64,000 nt of DNA from Octopus sinensis (taxonomy: Eukaryota): positions 190,340,001 to 190,404,000 of the forward strand of contig NC_042998.1 of the NCBI RefSeq assembly GCF_006345805.1, read 5' to 3'. Position 1 is the stretch's first letter; each line of letters opens with the position of its first letter. Position numbers and translations under genes: made by a program. Below the pieces are notes generated by a model. That model saw only the letters and a program-made list of their open reading frames with translations. It was not told the origin of the DNA and ran no database searches. This document shows positions 63,348 to 64,000 of this stretch, piece by piece.

Positions 63348-63765
63348 GGATCTTTTCGGTTTGAACGGCAGTTTTTTCTAGCGGTGTCATATGAAATTGT
63401 CACCCATAATTATGACCCTAGTATCGATCTATTGCATTTAAATCTGTTTTAGGGTTAGGGTTAGGGGTGGAGGGAAGGGTATCTTTTTTCTTCACAAATG
63501 TAAATAAACCCAATCAGTTTCTTAAACGAGAGACATATTCATACGGCACAGAATGGTTTCACCTCAATAGACGTCATTGATTGGTTGAAATTGCAGAAAT
63601 TGAAAAAAAAAAAAAACAACAAATATCTTACAAACTATAGAATTTTTTCAATAAAGCCAAGAGAAAAGGATGCTTTATAAACACATTCTACCTGTATACG
63701 AAGTTTAAAAGTGTTTAGTTACGTGGAAATTATTAAAAAAAACTGCCGTGAAACCGAAAAGATCC
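63348..63765 (-). mobile_element. Merlin-like MITE copy 4 (inverted)
   Basis: Same element in the opposite orientation; TSD CTGGTCTT / CTGTTCTT (one mismatch). Confidence 0.85.
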
Positions 63766-64000
63766 CTGTTCTTTATATATACATATATTTACTCGATTGC
63801 CTACATTTAACACTGGTTTCGCTCATTGTTTTGATACGCCATATTTTTTCATCATTAATAATAAAACTGTCAACATTTTTGATGACACGGGTATGCTAGT
63901 AAATAAATAAGTCGATAGTGTTACATCGATAAATGTGCGAGACAAGTGGAGGAAACACTTATTTTCTCTCGAGACAATGATTCGAGTAGTAGAAATATAT

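Overview
AT-rich, repeat-dense animal genomic DNA. The repeat families and microsatellite load resemble Octopus (inference from pattern recall, no database search). The only host protein-coding sequence I can support is coding exon 1 of a classical dynamin gene on the minus strand (37377-37540, GTPase P-loop [10 protein letters not shown] donor at the conserved ...FVGR boundary). I found no exon 2, so 1-37376 appears to be one >37 kb first intron and 37541-64000 is 5' UTR/upstream DNA. The rest is a mosaic of mobile elements. These include a decayed Helitron Rep-PIF1 helicase remnant with non-autonomous Helitron ends, RTE, CR1-group, L1/Tx1-like and Penelope-like fragments, and at least three tRNA-type SINE families. 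There are also four copies of a GG-ended, 8-bp-TSD (Merlin-like) MITE carrying telomeric repeats, two TTAA piggyBac-type MITEs, and mini/microsatellites. The most notable object is a near full-length U2 snRNA copy (56267-56458, minus) fused to a 47-nt LINE 3' tail. That tail matches a CR1-group LINE end at 40029-40075 at 45/47 nt, and its hairpin is shared, with compensatory changes, by a local CORE-type SINE. It is a candidate U2-headed SINE or U2-LINE chimeric retrocopy. Most ORFs in the supplied track are low-complexity or repeat artefacts. No CRISPR array, rRNA or intact tRNA gene was found.
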